64,000 nt of DNA from Marsupella aquatica (lineage: Eukaryota; Plantae; Marchantiophyta), in contig OZ316897.1 in NCBI GenBank assembly GCA_973895155.1, positions 11,183,832-11,247,831 on the forward strand, read 5' to 3'. Positions 60,741 through 64,000 of this stretch are shown piece by piece. The notes under the pieces are model-generated. The model worked only from the letters and a program-made list of their open reading frames with translations, ran no database searches and had not been told where the DNA came from. The translations under genes were made by a program, and so were the position numbers. Within the stretch, counting starts at the first letter, position 1, and every line of letters starts with the position of its first letter.

Positions 60741-61045
60741 ATTGAGGTTGTGTTCTGCTGTCTTTGGCGTTTCTCTCGTGACGTGAGGGTGAGAGAAGGA
60801 GACGGCGTCTGATTTGATCGGAAGTTGAGTGGCTGGCTGGCTGGTGGGTCGGTAGGCGTGGGAATTGTGGTGTGTGCAGAGAATTTCGCGAAATTGAGAA
60901 GGGCTACTGGAGAATTACAAGATAGGAAGGGGAATTGTAGCTCTTGGTATGTTCAACCGACAAATTCGAGTAAGCGCTACTTCTCTGTGGAGATAACGGC
61001 TGCGGGTCTTGGTGGTCGGCTGAGCCGTCGGCAGGTACTAGGAGA

Positions 61046-61633
61046 AGAAGGTGCAGAAATATCAGGGATACTCAGTGAAGAACCGATTTTTGTGGGCAGC
61101 AACTCTTTCAGAAGGTGCAGAAATATCAGGCATAGCCAGCAGAGAAGAACCGATTTTCGTCTTCGGTAACTCTTTGAGAAGGTGCAGAAATATCAGCCAT
61201 ACCCAGAGAAGAACCGATTTTCGTGGGCAGTTACTCTTTCAGAAGGTGCAGAAATATCAGGCGTACTCAGCAGAGAAGAACAGATTTTCGTGGGCAGTCA
61301 CGCTTGGAGAAGGTGCAGAAACATCAGGCATACCCAGCAGAGAAGAACCGATTTTCGTGGGCAGTAATTCTTCAAGAAGGTGCAGAAATATCAGGCATAT
61401 CCAGAGAACCGATTTTCGTGGGCAGTTACTCTTTCAGAAGGTGTAGAAATACCAGGCGTACTCAGCAGAGAAGAACAGATTTTCGTGGGCAGTCACTCTT
61501 TGAGAAGGTGCAGAAATATCAGGCATCAACAGCAGAGACGAACCGATTTTCGTTGGCGGTAATTCTTTGAGAAGTTGCACAAATATCAGGCATACCCAGA
61601 GAAGAACCGATTTTCGTGGGCAGTGACTCTTTG
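61046..61633. repeat. Minisatellite, 9 units of 61-67 bp
   Basis: Units start with agaagKtgYa at 61046, 61110, 61177, 61241, 61308, 61375, 61436, 61503 and 61570. Confidence 0.95.
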
Positions 61634-61749
61634 ACAACAAATCTTGTTCAGTTGGAGTGCACGATTAGGCACAGGAACTCCCCCGAGGAAGTGAGAGACA
61701 GTTCTTGGGTCAAGAAACTGGATCGACAATTACCCCTCCAACAATCGTG

Positions 61750-62109
61750 ATGGCGCTCAAGACGATGGAAGCTGTAACTCTTGAAGTCCAATCTGCATGG
61801 GGCAAGATGGTAGTGGGGCCAATTCTCGACCGAGACATTCCTTTACGACCAGAGGACCGAGTGTGCAGAGTGCCTCAGGGCATCTTCTATGGTTCGATGT
61901 CAATTCCAGAATCTGAAGATGAGGAAACTGATGTCACCTCTAATTCCGAGAGCCCCTTGAATGGGGAAGTGAAGGGGAGCAGCTTCTACTTTGGGACGGC
62001 TGCTGTTGTGATGGAGCGAGACGAGAAGAGTGTGAAGTGCTGGGTTCGGCAGGGTAGTACTGTGAGAGATGAAGTGGGATGGCTTAAATATGAGCGCCTT
62101 CAGGATTAG
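61750..62109 (+). CDS. Hypothetical small protein (119 aa), no recognised family
   Basis: The ATG has good context (gtgATGG) and the composition is protein-like, with an acidic patch (ESEDEETD). A GC/GA-rich leader and a candidate intron (61035-61651) precede it, and AT-rich 3'UTR-like sequence follows it. Confidence 0.45.
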   Translation: MALKTMEAVTLEVQSAWGKMVVGPILDRDIPLRPEDRVCRVPQGIFYGSMSIPESEDEETDVTSNSESPLNGEVKGSSFYFGTAAVVMERDEKSVKCWVRQGSTVRDEVGWLKYERLQD

Positions 62110-62624
62110 TGTCTCGCTCGACATTTGCCTACAATTAATTTTTTTCTCACGTCCTAATCATGTAAATAGAGGACTGGCGTACAGTAATGTTTATAATTCT
62201 TCGGCATTTGGCACTGCTAATTTTAGCCACATCTTATTTGGGCACCTCGAGGAATTTTCGTAGCCTGAACAGTCATAATGATGTAAAATAGAATTGCTCG
62301 GACTGGTATATTCGATGGATCTTGAGAGACTATTATAAAAGGTGACATTCGTTTAATAGTTCTTTTGGATGTAATTCTCGCAATTAGCTGTTTTGTTGTG
62401 AGCTTAAGTTAACCCCTTATTCATGCTGCGAGTCTTCCTGTCTACTGTAGACCTGAGTGACGCTTTTGTATAGTAGTACTAACATGGACTCTATGGGGAG
62501 CATGTCCTAGAAATTGACTTTCATTTCATATGTAGTCTGGAGCGACCCTCACAAGCTTGTACTAGACACATTGCTTTGTGGGAAAAGTTTCATTGACAAA
62601 GTCATTCATTCAATGAGTCAGAGC

Positions 62625-62880
62625 ATGAATATATGCATGCCATGCTATGGATTTCCTTGGTCATCCAGGAGAAGGGTAAAGGTATGGTAACACCCAGTCA
62701 AGAGGGTGTTAACAAACTTAAATCGATCAATGAGGACATTTTCAAAAAGTTATGAATATATGCATGCCATGCTATGGATTTCCTTGGTCATCCAGGAGAA
62801 GGGTAAAGGTATGGTAACACCCAGTCAAGAGGGTGTTAACAAACTTAAATCGATCAATGAGGACATTTTCAAAAAGTTAT
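62625..62880. repeat. Perfect tandem duplication (127 bp x2)
   Basis: atgaatatatgcatgccatgc...ttttcaaaaagtt starts at 62625 and 62752. Confidence 0.95.
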
Positions 62881-64000
62881 TGCACGAGATTGACAATCTT
62901 ACATTTCTGCCTTCACTAGGAATCCTCATATATGACACAACCTGTAGCCCTAGCCTACGTCATTTATTCTCACAATTGACTCTTGTAAGTTGAAGCCCAG
63001 ATGGACCTCCATATTAGCCAAAATGCTGGGATGGAGTTTCTCAATGGGGATGGACCATAGCGAAACCCTCGTTATTGCTCAGATGATACATATTACAATG
63101 GAGAGTGAATTGTGACAGATAACTAAATAGTCAATCATCTTTGGAATTTGTAGTTCTTTGAATTGTCAATGACAGTAGGTAGTATTAGACTAGTTGGAAA
63201 GATCTTTCCAAGTCACTTCCAAAGAACCCAAGTACAAACCAGTTCCGCTGGCATATCAAGGGAGAAATGGAAAATAGAAAAGCGTACAGTGAGTGTAGGG
63301 GTAATCTTTGGAAATTCATATCTCTCTCAATTCAAAATGAAAGTTGACTACACTAGGCTTGATGGAAAGGTCTTCACATCCTGCTTCTAACCAATCCAAG
63401 AGCCTTCGGCTGCATATCAAGGGAGAAATTGAAAGTCAAACTTTAGAAACTATATTACTTTGAATAGTTTTTAGCATTGAATTCCACCTCGATCAGTCAG
63501 AATCATTTCCCACATTTTTGGCTAAAAATTGCCAGATATTCCAAGTCTCATTAGCCAGTTCCCACCAATCCATGATGTCCAATAGCAAGAATCTACAGCA
63601 ATCCTCACATCTAGGGAGATGCAAAGGTCAAAAATAAAGTTTATATAGAGAACATTCTTAGCATCTAGTTCTCACAGAAGATAATATTTCCACCCTGAAA
63701 ATTATAGAAAGTCCTTTAAAGGTATCCTGCTCATTTGTCGTTAGTCTCTTCATTTTACATTTCTTTGCTTTGACTGCACTTGCTGTCTTTACTTTCCTCT
63801 ATTTATTTTCCATTTCTTGGCTTTGACGTAATCTACTAACTTGATGTCACTTTATGCCCTCTGATTGTTTGGGGTTCTATAGGATCTTTCTGAGAGTAAG
63901 TGACTGGAAAAGCGGGTGGAAAAGATTCTAATTAATTATAACAAGGGGATGGCAGGGACAACGTAAGATGGTCCACATTCATTGATCCATCTCATCAAAA

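Noticed and set aside
61046-61633. CRISPR-like array
   Set aside because: Units are similar along their whole length with no unique spacers. The context is eukaryotic and has no cas genes.

Overview
Eukaryotic nuclear DNA from a land plant, most likely a bryophyte such as a moss. This is inferred from GT-AG introns, compact genes, a PLS-DYW editing factor and CRE-type retroelement relics. Seven protein-coding genes are well supported: a DYW-class PPR organellar RNA-editing factor (+, probably starting upstream of the window), an intronless PRP6/STA1 splicing factor (+), an 11-exon DRG GTPase (+), a SKIP8-like F-box/SnoaL protein (+), RNA polymerase III subunit RPC8 (+), a large SAWADEE + RRM protein (-) and an aldo-keto reductase (-). 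There is also an orphan ORF near 62 kb. Intergenic DNA holds decayed mobile elements: two CRE/RLE-type non-LTR relics, a tRNA-derived SINE with a 15-bp TSD, a mirror-symmetric 5.6-kb structure with Helitron-like 3' ends, Copia-type LTRs, a pogo/DDE_1 transposase relic and a MITE-like pair. Short tandem duplications are frequent. The most interesting object is the minus-strand gene at 32979-37676. It joins a homeodomain-less SAWADEE (H3K9me-reader-type) domain, through a repeat-rich linker with SUMO/SIM motifs, to an RRM and C-terminal helix resembling ASI1/IBM2/SG1. This makes it a candidate single-polypeptide heterochromatin-reader/RNA-processing factor. All family assignments come from motif recognition by eye; no database searches were run.
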